Source: Macrostomum lignano (Eukaryota). From it: a stretch of 64,000 bases of DNA. Below are positions 26,109 to 38,413 of this stretch, piece after piece. The notes under the pieces are model-generated. The model was given only the letters and a program-made list of their open reading frames with translations. It was not told where the DNA came from and made no database searches. The translations under genes and the position numbers were made by a program. The DNA lies in the NCBI GenBank assembly GCA_002269645.1, contig NIVC01001037.1, forward strand, positions 248,001 to 312,000. Reading direction: 5' to 3'. Each line of letters starts with the position of its first letter. Position 1 is the stretch's first letter.

Positions 26109-28935
26109 CTAAGCCTCCGGACCGATGAAGCTGGCAATCAGCTTCAGCAGGAACAGCAGCCGCCTGCCGACGTCATCCGACACGGTTTCCAAGGTGGCAG
26201 AGACCAGGCGCCTCAGGCTATCGGAGGCCAAGCCTCTAGCGCAGGCGTCACGCGATCCAGCGCCTGATTCACCGAGCCCGGCAGCAACTCTGAAGCCGAA
26301 TTTCAGCATCGCCTTGAGCAGCCGGTTCAGTTCGGCGGGCAGCTTGACGAGGTCGTTCTCCAGCTCCAGTACGCAGAGCTGCGCCCAGGCTGCCGCATCC
26401 TCTGGCGAGTTGGCTGCCGCAGCAAGGCTAGAGCTCAGCTCCGAGCTCAAATCGCCGTCCAGGGGAACCCGTCGAATCACCTTCTCGATAGGGTAGGGCG
26501 CCCGGTCCGGCGGGAAGTACATGTACATGTCCAGGCGGCCGCTGGGATCGTGCTCGTCGTTGGGCGCATAGGAGAATCCGCAAATCGAGTCGGTGTCCGG
26601 ATTCGCCTCAACAAACAGCAGGTGAATTGGAGCGGCCTCACCTCTCTCAATTACGATGTGGTCCCAGCGGTGCAGGCATCCGAAGTCCGTCACGTGTTCG
26701 TTCGCTTCCGGTGGCTCACTCCCGGCTGCGCTGTCAACCGACAGTAGAGCGGCCAGTTCAGCGAGGCCGGGTCGGCGCAGGCCGCGCAGCCAGGCGCAGA
26801 AGCGGCTGTCCGACACTCCGAAGCCCAGGCGTCTGTCCGAGGCGTTTGTTAGCGACGAGCCGAGTAGAATTTTTGACGTGTCGCTCAGCATTTGAGCCTT
26901 CGATTCGCTCACAGCTTGCTCATCGCCGTACGTCACCCGGCTCACGCGGCTACCTTCACTGATCTTGGTTATGGTCAACTTTTGCACACTGTTTGGCTGC
27001 CAGTCAATATCCGTCAGACTCAACTTGGCGAGGTCGATGCACTCCCCACACGGGCTGACGGCAACAAGGCGAGCTTCGGCAAACTGCGACGTTTCCGAGC
27101 TGTCAGAACGATCGTGAGAAAATCGCAGCTGACCCTGGCCCAGCGCGGTCAGGGCGAGCAGCTGGCTGATTTCAGTCACAACGCCCAGGTGCCTAGGCGC
27201 GTTGGTCTTGTGATTGACGCAGCACCAGCGGACAAAGTCGCATGAGTTGTTCCAGGCGCAGGAGTAACCGTAGGTGCCAATCCGAGCCACCGCTTTCTGT
27301 AGCGCTTGCTCTCTTGGAGCCAGCAGCTCTGCACTGACTTGGAAGTGTAGTGTACTAAACACGTGCCCCTTTTCTGGCACTTGGACAGCGCCGATGCACA
27401 ACGTTCCCTCTCCACCGAAGCAGATTACATCAACCGACAAGCCTTTGCTGTCGTCTTTATTCACTCCTTTCACAATGGCGTGAAGACCAGGCAGATTGGT
27501 TTCCAACGGATGAGCGTCTGACTTTTCTCGGATGCACACCGCATCGCCAGGCTGCAAGTCAGTGACTTGCGCCACTGGCTGCTCTGTGATCGACGGCAGG
27601 TCTTTCTGCTTCCACGTCCTCAGTATCGGACACTGTAGATCTGGCTCGCTATGCCGAACCAGCTGAATTTTATCGTGCTCAGTTGGATCAATCACGATAC
27701 GGACTTGCTTAGTATGTCGCGTCGCGTCAGTATTCACCCGTAGGTAGTCGAGAATCTCAAACTTGTACGCAGTTTTAGGATCTGCTGGCCGCTGCACGGA
27801 CAGCACTATTTGGACGCGGTCGTCGTGCGCGATTACGTTTCCAGAGACCAGCTGGCTGGCCGGGACTCTGGTTCGGCGACACTCTGGTTCCGCGCGAACG
27901 CCGCTGAGAGAGAAGGTCATCGCCATGAGCGGACTGCACCCCCAAGACAAGCAGACTCCTGTGAAGCATTCGACAGTCTGGTGAACATCCTGTCTACGGA
28001 ACTGAAGGTTCAACCGATCAATTGGATCGCTTGAATCAAGACTGATCGATGTTCTAGTGAATGCGTGCAGGTTGGCAACATCTGACGTAGCGGCAACAAT
28101 ATCCAGGATCATGTACTTTCTGACCGGATCAAGACGCTTTGCATTAACGATGACTGCACGAATGTCGCGGTTAAAAAGTGACACATTGACGTGATCAGCC
28201 GGCATCAGCTGGTGCAGCTCTCTCCGGTTGTCGTCGAGCAGAGGAACCCGAACGCTGTCCAGGTTTCTCGAGTCCCGAACTCGACACCACACGGCCAAAG
28301 TGTGCGCGTTGTTGCTGGTTGGAGAGTGCTGTCTCTCACCGAGGCGGCTGAGTGCCCGAGACAGCGATTCCTCGTTTGAGTACAGCACCGAGTTCGAGAA
28401 TGTGTGCAGCCACACACTGGAGCCGTTGCAAGGCAGCTGGAAGTCCTCACGCCGTACCGTGATGGGGCTCATCAGGCTCAGCCTCCCATAGTGGATAGCC
28501 GTAACAGCCAGTTCGTTCTCATCGGGAGAGTAGCTGCAGGTCTCCACCACCACCTTGTGCGGAATCTTGTAGTAGTACAAGTTTAGAACGTTGCCTAAAA
28601 TTTCCATTTAAATACGTCGATTGGTAAAACCTAGATTTTTTAACTCAAACCATTTGTTACTAGAAAAGTGTATGCTCCTTACCTGGTCTGATGGTCTTGG
28701 CCAGCTCGCTGGTTACTTTTTCGGAACGCTCGTCTGGCACAGGCGTTGTAGCCTCACGGATGCTCCTCTGCCAGCAGGCGTCCTCCAGTACGGCTCGCAG
28801 CCAGGGCTTGCTAATTATGGCTTGCTTGAGCAGCCACAGCTGCTGCTCTCTGGTCATCAGAGTGAGCTTCTCCAGCTCGCGGACTGAGCACTCCAGCTGC
28901 TGCGTCAGCTGCGAGAGGTCGGCAGGGGCGGCCAT
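26109..28935 (-). CDS. Uncharacterised 912-aa protein with tandem degenerate LRAT/NlpC-P60-like repeats, paralog 1; exons 28683..28935, 26109..28594
   Basis: 832-codon open frame plus an upstream 253-nt exon (donor AG|GTAAGG, acceptor ttttAG, phase 1). The same exon structure occurs in paralog 2. LRAT-like motifs: RPGNVL..PHKVVV..AIHY..RALSRLGE..SNNAHTLAVWCR and LQPGDAV..GLHAIV..RIGTYGYSCAWNNSCDFVRWC. Confidence 0.85.
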
Positions 28936-30460
28936 TTTCGAGTCTTGCTATACTAAGAGCTTCTGGTTGCAACACCGCTTTGGACTGCAGCTGTGTAGTT
29001 TTGTTTTTCTACAAGGTCACAGTACTGCAGATTATAAATAATTATAATATAAAATATAAGATTATAAAGCACCAAGAAACATCTAAGACTTGTAGGCAAG
29101 TGTTGTCTAAATTGGACTAAGCCCAGCGCGTGCGCCTCAGCAGATAAGCTTTGAGAGATTTGCACAAGGCTTACTACAAGTGTACGCTGTCGCATAGCCC
29201 CGGACAGACAAGCACAGCTCTCAACCCTCTGTCTCTCACTGTTTTCTGTCCAAAGCATTCAGTTTGAAGTGCATAGTTGCCTGTACATATCTTGCAGTAT
29301 CTGGTTGTGCATAGGCTCGCAGTATCTGTCTAACCAAGCACTACAGCCCCCTCTCGGAGAGAGAGAGTTAAGCCTGACTATTATTGAGTGCGTCGTGTAA
29401 GGTCTGAGAAAGTTCTGAGGTTTTGAGAATTTCAGTTTATTTAGTCTGTAAAACAGGCACGTAGCTCGTACAAGCTAGACAGTGTAACTTCTTTCATACC
29501 TTGCAATCCTACTTTAATTAGAGTTTATGCTATTGACGCGCACTAATCGATTCTGTTACTCAGAACTATTGATGTGATTTCTCAAAAAAGTCAGAAGCTA
29601 CCGGTACAATTTCGACAGTGACCGCCGATGCTGACCAACTGTTCTAAAGCTCAGTTCAGCTTCAAAGAGTTACTGCTAAGAAAGATTTTCCCTGTTTCGA
29701 CAGAGAAAATGCGTAAGAGACGCCTGCAACGTCCTTTTCCCAGTGTTTTAGAAGTCCATGAAGCCAAACCTTGCTGTATCTGCCAGGGCTGGCGCATAGC
29801 TAATCGAGTGCCCTGCGGCGGCGCCAAAATAAGTCTTAACTACACGTACCGGTTGCCAAAATGATGTAGGGATTTTATCATGTAGAAAGGGATTATATAG
29901 TAGCTTCCTATATAGAAATTAATCTATTGGTTGTCTTTGTACTTTTCCCTTTGGTATCTTCGACATCAACCATAGACAACACTGTACGCTGAGTAGGAAG
30001 CCCTGAACATAATACGAGAAATATACTCGCCCCAGAGCGCTACTAAAAGCTACCCAAAAGCTCTAACAGCTCTAAACTTGTAGCAACTTGGCCCAGCGGC
30101 TTTGCCTACTCAAAAATCGAGTTCAAAGACAGTTCGTGTAGGCCAAGAACTCAAAGAGCAGATGGACGGGAAGTTACTCTTGAACTCTGAGCCACCACTA
30201 TACGCTCAAGACCATTTTGTTAACATCACAATAAAAAAGGCCCATTTTTCTGCGATCACGTGGCTTTGTACTATTAAAAAATCACATTGGTACATCCCGT
30301 CGTGCTTTTTGTCGGCTCAATTCATGACGGAGTGAATGAACCTTAATTCGATTTGGGTTAATATATATCGTAAAAAGCAAGGCAGCCAACAAGAAACAAA
30401 TAAGCAAGACAGTTATGACTACGTAAAAGGATGTTCTCACTAAATTAATAAATTTAAGAG

Positions 30461-30769
30461 GGTTGTAGCTTAGTGGTCAGAGCGTCGGACTCACTATTTG
30501 AAGGTCGGGGGCTCGATTTCCGAACCAACGAGGACAATTTGTGTCCTTGAGCAAGACACTTAACTCTTGGTTGCTTCAGTTCACCCAGCTGTAAAATGGG
30601 TGCCAGCATTAGCTGGGGTAATTGAGGGTGTGTGTGGCGACCCCCCCCCCCTTGGACTGAACAGCCGTACGCAGCCTTCAGATGCGCCGCGCAATAGCTG
30701 CGGATGAGCTGTCGGTCGCACATCTGGCCCAATTTAAGCAGGTTCAATCAATTTTAACAATTATTATTA
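30461..30769 (+). mobile_element. tRNA-derived SINE with CORE-like central domain, copy 1
   Basis: Head GGTTGTAGCTTAGTGGTCAGAGCG (A box) and GGGGCTCGATTTCC (B-box-like). Centre TGTGTCCTTGAGCAAGACACTTAACTC...CTGTAAAATGGG resembles the MIR/CORE consensus (from memory). (TTA)n tail. A second copy lies at 40537..40842. Confidence 0.85.
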
Positions 30770-31415
30770 AAATTTCCTCTGATCTGATTGATGATACACG
30801 TTATTAGAATAAGAAATTAAATGTTTTAAAAACCGATTTATACGAGTAACTGTTACCATGGCGTTTCTAAGCAAACAAACTTCGACTGGCAAGACCGTAG
30901 TCGGTCTCCAACAAACATATATTTAATCCCTATCTACATGTAAGTTAACAGACTGAATGAAGTACATGCTTAAAAAATGTTCCAGTCAGCACTCATAATT
31001 CCAATGCTAATACTTTGCTTAATTAATCCAGTAAACCAGTTTTTGTATTTGAAGCGTTTAAACCATAGAAATTTGTTAAATCATGAACAGATCAGTGCAG
31101 GTTTTCAGGATAAATATTGGCGCAAGTTTTTGAAATTGAGAGCTGCAGAGCAGAAGTATGTCAGAGGAAAAAATGATTTCTGATAGGATGTTGGGCTTTA
31201 AAACCAATCAACGGAATCATGATTTGGGCGGAACTATGAATTGATTAATTTTTCTCTCAGAATGACGGTGAAACTGGGTAGAAAGTTTCTAAAACGTTCC
31301 GAAGCAATTCAACTCATCCAGAAGGTCCCAAGGTGCTGTACAGTACATCTTGTTTGGGTCAAGCCTATACTGAATAAATAAGCATGAATGTAAACACGAA
31401 ATCGTCACAGCACTT

Positions 31416-34352
31416 TTATTCCGACTCAACCATGCGAGCCATCAGCCGGACAATAAAATACAGTCGCCGTGAAGCGGCTTCGCAGCGCAGGTCGTTCTTC
31501 AGTGAACTCGCGAACCCGTCCGAAGCGAGGACGGCGCGGCAGGTCTGCAGAGAGCCATCGTCGGGATATTGGCCCGAAGCGTAGCGGAAAGCAAACCTGA
31601 GCATCAGCTTGAGCAATTTGTTGAGATCGTCGTCTAACTGCGGCAGAAGGTTTGAGTCCAATTCGAGCGCGCAGAGCTGGGCCCAGGCCGCCACATTGTC
31701 GGCGAAGTTGGAGCCCGCGGCAAGACTGGCGCTCAGCTCGGAACTCGCGTCGGTGTCTATTGGAGTTCGTCGGATGACCTTGTGCATTGGATAGGTGGCC
31801 TTGTCCGGCGGAAAGTACATGTACATGTCCAGGCGCTTGCCAGGATCCTGTTGGGGCCTTGGTGCATAGGTGTAACCACAGAGCACCCCGGACTCAACGT
31901 TGAACTCCAAAACTAGCATGTGTAGTTGAGGTGCTTGAGGTCTCTCAATAACTACATGATCCCACTGGCTGAGCTCGTACAGATCTGCAACTTGTTCCAG
32001 GTCTTGCCCCGAGCCAATGTCTGCTGCAGCATCGGCCGACAGCAGAGCAGGCAGCTCGACCAGACCGGCCTGCTTCAAGCCTCGCAGCCAGGTACAGAAA
32101 GCTTGGTCCGAAACGCCGCAGCCTAGCTGGCGATCAGAGGCATTGGCAAGGGACACGTCGAGTAGAATGTTGATTGTTTCGCTCAATATCCGAGCCTGCG
32201 CTTCGCTTACCGACTCGCCATTGTAAGGCACCCGTCGTACTTTTTGAAGCTGGCTGGTGTTCTCAAGCTTAACAATTTGCACCATCTTAACTGACCAATC
32301 GACGTTAATCAGGCTCAACTTCAAAACATTGGTGAATTGGTTCGGAGAGCTCACATCGATCAGACTCACTTCGCGAAGCACACTTTGGTCAGCAATCTGA
32401 TGCTGCAGCCTCACTTTCGCCGACTGCTGCATAGATGAAAGCGTGGCCAGATCTGCCGGCTTGGTCACTACTCCGATGTGCGACGAAGCGTTGGACTTGT
32501 GATTGACACAGCACCAGCGAGCGAAGTCACGCGAGTTGTTCCAAGCGATGCAGTACTGATCAGTGCCAAGACGAACCTCCGCTCGTCTCAAAGGATCCTC
32601 TCCGTCCGAAAGCAAATCACGGCTAACGTTGAAGTTTATCTTGCTGAATTTGTGATCGCTCACTGGCAGGCGCTTGACTTCAACCAAGCCGGAGCCGCCC
32701 GCGTTGAAGCAGATCACTTCCACAAAACCATCACTGGTGCTGTTTCTCCTGACAATAGCGTGCAGGCCAGGCATTAGTGGCGACAGTGGATACTTGGCTT
32801 TACACTCCTGGACCTGGATTGAGACAGCGTCACCTGGCTGAAGTTGACTCAGATCTTCTACAGCTTGCGTAGTAATCAACGGCGAATCCATGGATTTCCA
32901 GTTCAACAAAACTGGACACTGCAGGTCGGGCTCAGCGTGCCGCACCAGCTGCACTTTGCCCGCCTCACGCAGGTTGACGAGCAGGCGAATTTCGGTCGTC
33001 TTCGGCGCCGTCTGCAAGTTTAGCGGCGCGTAACAAACCGTGTGAATCTGATAGGTTTGGTCGTCACGCTCCGGCTGGTCCACCTTCATCACGAAGTGAA
33101 TACGGCCTTGGTAGAAAATCAGCTCGTTAGAACGAAGTTCGCTGACATGGATGGTAAAGCGAGCGCGCGCCTTGGGCTCGACGGCCGTTCCTGTTGCCAA
33201 AAAGTTTATTGCCATCAAATCCGAGCACTCCTGGCACAGGTGAGTGTTGTTGAATATTTCCGCATTCTTCTCGACATTGGTGCGTTTCAGTTCCAGCTGC
33301 AGTTTTTTAACGCGCTCATTCGGGTTTATAGCGAGCATAGTTCTACCAAAAGTTTGAAGCGCATTTCCGTTGACCTGTAAACTTTCCGACAGAGCCACTA
33401 CAGAAAGTACTTTTCTTTCGTTGACTTCGTCAAGAGACTCGATCGAAGCGATGATGGCGTGCACCTGCTGATTTCCGATCGATACATCTATGTGATCAGC
33501 CGGCATGAGCTGGTGCAGCTCTTTCCGTTTGTCGTCTAGCAGAGGAACCCGAACGCTGTCCAGGTTTCTCGAGTCTCGAACTCGACACCACACGGCCAAA
33601 GTGTGCGCGTTGTTGCTGGTTGGATAGTGCTGTCTCTCACCAAGGCGGCTGAGTGCCCGAGACAGCGATTCCTCGTTGGAGTACAGCACCGAGTTCGGGA
33701 ATGTGTGCAGCCACACACTGGAGCCGTTGCAAGGCAGCTGGAAGTCCTCACGCAGCACCGTGACGGGGCTCATCAGGCCCAGCCTCCCATAGTGGATGGC
33801 AGTAACGGCCAGCTTGTTCTCATTGGCAGAGTAGCTGCATGTCTCCACCACCACCTTGTGCGGAAGCTTGTAGTAGGACAAGTTTAGAACATTTCCTGTC
33901 AATTGTAGTTAGGTGAATGGATATTGTGTCATAGTCGTACATGTACAAGTTTGAAATCCTATGCATCCATGACTATTTTAGCTTGGTTAATAAAGTTTCG
34001 GGGTAATAACCTTTGCAACATTAGATGTGGGCAGTTTAACAGCACAGAATGCTTTACAGCTAAGCTTACCTGGCTGCACATTCTGAGCGATCTCACTGGT
34101 GACGCCAAGGTGAGCTTCGCTCGGCACCGGGACAGCCGCCTCTCGAATGCTGCGCTGCCATTCGGGATCTTCCAGGACGGCTAGAAGCAGGGGATTGTTG
34201 AGCAGCACCTGCTTGAGCAACTGCAGCTGTTGCTCTCGGTCTAGCGATTCGGTTTGAGCCAGAGACTGGCTGAGGTGCTGCGCCGCAGCTCTGGCAACTT
34301 GACCGAAGTCGCCGTCAATATCCACGGGTTGAGGATCAAAACGGTTTGCCAT
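31416..34352 (-). CDS. Uncharacterised 920-aa protein with tandem degenerate LRAT/NlpC-P60-like repeats, paralog 2; exons 34070..34352, 31416..33895
   Basis: 828-codon open frame colinear with paralog 1 over its full length. Exon 1 starts at ATG 34352 (MANRFDPQP...EQQLQLLKQ...LEDPEWQRSIREA). Donor AG|GTAAGC, acceptor gacAG, phase 1. Confidence 0.85.
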
Positions 34353-35232
34353 TTGTCTCACGAGCTGCTTAAGACACTTAAGACGGATTTAAGCAAAACT
34401 AAATAACAGTTTTGGTACCTTGTTGCTTCAGTTAAAGTCTGTCTGCGCAGATATAACGCTGTGGGTTTTCTTCTGAGGCAAGGGTGTACATTGATATTTA
34501 TTTTCCAGACCAAGTGCTAGAGAGGAGAGAATTTTAATGGGGTGGGGGTCAAATGTACGTAGACTGTTGTACGTAGAACTGCATGTACATTCGTTCCATA
34601 GCTATGCAATTTGTCCACGGACAAAAAACTTGACAGGAAAGAGTGTTGCGTGCCTATTGCACATGACATACTCTCTGTGTATTGGTCTCTGGGTTGGGTC
34701 TGTAGCTAAGAGTTCACAACTTTATAGCTTACTAATCTTTACAAACCACATCCGTCTTCACAATAGACTAAAGCTCTAGCTCTGAGATCCTCTTCTACTA
34801 CACTAAAAACGAGTTGTTTCTATTTATCTAAGGTAGATAGCTACATTGTGATTGATTTCAGAATAACAGCTCAAATGATTCTCATGAAACTTGCACCGAA
34901 GAAATTTCCCCGCGACCGCGACGGTACATGCGTCGGGGCTAACAACTTAGGGAGATTACATATTCGAAAACTATGTAAATTCGTACAAGTAGTGAGCATT
35001 TGATAAACTATTTAGTAAGCATTAGGCTGCCAAGTCTCAAGTAGAAGCATTCGCTTAAACTTCTGTACGCCACCCATTGTCTTGAGTATGCGCTTGAGTC
35101 GTTAGAAAATGCTCGGGCTTTGCACACTTTTATGAAAATAAATTTTATTTTTTGTCAGACTTTGTGAGCACAGACAAGTTCGCTCGCTCGCGCCAAGTAA
35201 CAGATGGCTATAAGTGACCAGCCGATCTGACA

Positions 35233-36422
35233 ATGTCCGATGCCAACTCGGCCGTTCTGGTGATTGACTGCGGATCCGGCACCTGCAAGGCCGGCTTTGT
35301 GAGCGAGAAAAGGCCTAGGAAATTTTTTTAGCCTTGTAAGGAAGCCGAATTACAAATATAAGTTTTTGTTTTACATTACAGCTTCACATGCCCAAGATTA
35401 CAGCAATTACTATAACTTAGAACTAAAGGCTAAAACTATAAGCAATCGAACTTCCGAACTTGGTTAGGGCGTTATTTTCGGCATAGGCCAGAAGGATACC
35501 TACGTCGGCGAGGAGGCGCAGAAGAGACGCGGCTTCGTGGAACCGAAGTATCCGATCGAGCACGGCGTTGTGACAAACACGGAGAAGATCTGGCACCACA
35601 CCTTCCACAAGGAGCTCCGCGTGGCCCCCGAGGAGCACTCCATACTGCTCACTGAAGCGCCGCTCAACCCCAAGGCCAACCGCGAGAAAATGACGCAGAT
35701 CATGTTCGAGACCTTCAACACGCCCGCCATGTACGTCGCCATCCAGGCCGTGCTGTCGCTGTACGTCAGCGGCTGCACCACCGGCATCGTGCTGGACTCT
35801 GGCGAGGGCTCTACAGACGCGGTTCCCATCGATGCGGGCAAGCCGATAGCCAAAGCCATCTCCCAAACTGATCTGGCTGGTCGCAGTCTCACTGAAAAGC
35901 TTGTGGATATACTCAAACAGCGCGAATTCAACTTCAGATCGTCCGCGACATCAAGGAGAAGCTGTGCTACGTGGCGCTCGACTTCGAGCACGAGCAACGC
36001 CCTGGAGAAGAGCTACGAGCTGCCCGACGGTCAGCTGATTAGCGTCGGCAGCGAGCGCTTCTGCTGTCCGGAGGCGCTGTTTCAGCCGTCCTCCCTCAGA
36101 CTGGAGCACGTCAGCATCCACCAGACAGTGCTTGACATCGTCACCAAATGCGACGTAGATATCAGACGGGACCTTTGCTCAAACGTTGTGCTCAGCGGCG
36201 GCTCCAGAATGTTCCCCCGGTATCGCCGACCGCCTGCAGAAGGAGATCGCCGGCCTGGCGCCCTCCGACGTCAAGATCAAAGTGGTGGCGTTGCCCCAGC
36301 GGAAGTACTCGATGTGGGTCAGCAGCTCGATCCTGGCCTCGCTGAGCACTTTCCAGTCCAAGTGGATCACCAGGCAGGAGTACGACGACTGCGGCCCGGG
36401 CATCGTGCACAGGAAGGGCTGA
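35233..36422 (+). pseudogene. Divergent actin pseudogene (frameshifted)
   Basis: Actin motifs [71 protein letters not shown]. Lesions: a T7 run (35323-29) gives an in-frame TAG; no GT at the expected intron-1 donor (aaa tataag); deletions near 35938 and 36000; an extra C at 36214-18. Confidence 0.85.
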
Positions 36423-38388
36423 GGGCTGAGTTTGAAATCTATGCGGAGCTCAATTTTGCTCTGTCAATGGATTTTGCACTTTAATTTTTGTATTTGTGAG
36501 ATGGAAATGTTTTTATGCAGATTCGCTGCTTAATGATTCAGTTTTATTAAATGGTATTGCTTTGTTTCCGATCGCAAACTGAAGTGAATTTTGCGTCCAA
36601 ATTTCGTAAAATTTGCGGTTGGAAGTTTTTAAGTTTTGCCTCAGATATTCGTTATCAAACTTGAGTCAGTTTGAGCGTCATCAAGGTGCTCCTTTCAAAT
36701 TATTTTATCTGTCGAGAAAGTTTTGCTTGTTGGTTGCAGCGTAATTTTGAATGCATTTTTACTTGTTAATAAATTTATGATACTTATGCAAATCATCTGC
36801 ATTCGATGTCATATTTAGTTATTTTTTGTAGCTTAACTTCTGAGCTGTAAGTTTCTAACTGAAGTTGAATTGCGTAGTGCATGTCTACTATAAGTACGGT
36901 GGATGGCACCTAATGAATCCTTATTTTTTGTCTTTTTGTTGTGATAAAATCAAAATAGAAGAGCTTGACAGCGTGAGAACTAAGACTACACGAGATCTAT
37001 AATTATGGTGCATTAGTACCCTGTTATTAACTCATTTTCTCTTTGACTGCGATTGCAAAAATTCGCCCTATCTACCTTATGATATAAGGCATATTCGAGT
37101 GCTGTGAATCACTGCTCTGATGGGTCTGTTGGCCTCATTGGCCTGACTTTGTGTCTCTGGGTCACAGGGTGCGTCTTAAGACCTGAGATCTTCGGGAGTC
37201 ATGAGATGGAGGAAGTCCTCCTCGTCGTGGATGAAAATGGCCGGCCAGCTGGAGTCGCCGGTGGCGCGACAGTTCACTCTCGGACAGGTGCAAAACTGCC
37301 GCCTTGAATTTCTCTTGAGTCATTTGTGTACGGATTGGCCATGCAGTTGGAGGCTCGCTACGAGTCCAAGGTACACTGCATCGAATCACTGTGTCACACC
37401 CTCAAACCGAGCCGCCACAACTTCTGCCCAGCTATTTGGGCTACTGTTAAATACACGGTGAGTGAACCTCCATTTTGTTAAGTTTAGCACCGCCAAGTCA
37501 CCCTGATAACATGCAAGTGAGGTACTGGTTAGAATCTCGTCCGGCTGATAAAGACCTGCCTGCATGCTAGCCGTAAGTCAGCTCGTTCACTCATTGAGTA
37601 AGTTGAATTTTTGCTTTAGAAAAAATTTAATAGCCGTTTTGAACTTTAAAGGGAGCTGCCGCCGCTTCACGGCATCACGCCATCGTGAGAGAGCCCAACC
37701 ATTGGCGGAGCTCTTAGTCGCGCTATTCGACTTTTAAAGAACGCAGCTGTGTTAGCGGTTAAGTTCTTGATGTTTCTATTGTCATTTCAAATTGCAGCTC
37801 CGGTCCCAGGCAATTTACTCGGGGTGAGCAACTGCCCACATTGCATTGTTGAAATTCTCTCCAGTTATCTCGTGCATTTGATCAGCTTTGAAGGCTGCAT
37901 TCTCTCCCTCTATCCTCCCTGTGTCTCCTCGCGGGCAACCTTGTAATTAAGCATGTTCAAGTCCGATGAAAAGAAGAATTACCGTTGAATGCCGGGGCTA
38001 AGGGACACGTTGGCGGCGAGTGGGCGATGGAGGCTGGTTGTTGAATCCTGCGGCCATCTTCACAGCTATTTTATTGCTGCTCTGCTTCATATTGAATAGA
38101 CTCCATTGTGCGAGAGTGGCTGCAAGAGAGCTGGGGCGCGGGGTGGCCGCGCGGTGCTCAGGGGTAGAAAAAGAGACGCAGAATCTGAGCATCATCAAAT
38201 TTTGATTTGAACAAGCCCAGACTTGCTGCTCCGAAGCAGTCGCGGCGGCTCCCCCTTCTAAGCCCTCCCTGAGGCCACTCCGACAGAGCGGAGCTCTTTA
38301 GCGCCTAACTGCTCGCTTGACACGCTTGGCAGGCAGACAGAAAAGCAGAAGCACCCTAAAACGCAGTTCTTGCCAAATTTCAGTAAGG

Positions 38389-38396
38389 TGACGTCA
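38389..38396. promoter_or_regulatory. Perfect CRE palindrome TGACGTCA 18 nt upstream of the STK33-like ATG
   Basis: Sequence match only; function is untested. Confidence 0.3.
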
Positions 38397-38413
38397 TTCT
38401 CCCGTCACCTGCC

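Noticed and set aside
30461-30535. tRNA gene (also at 40770..40842)
   Set aside because: No complete acceptor stem, and it continues into a shared SINE body; it is a SINE head, not a tRNA.
37206-37458. Frame MEEVLLVVDENG...LPP*ISLESFVYG...KYT ending at GTGAGT, with a single in-frame TGA (selenocysteine or readthrough idea)
   Set aside because: No recognisable homology, redox motif or SECIS; chance is an adequate explanation.
38020-38205. 61-aa ORF with one hydrophobic stretch
   Set aside because: Non-ATG start, no homology recognised, and it lies in the probable STK33 promoter region.
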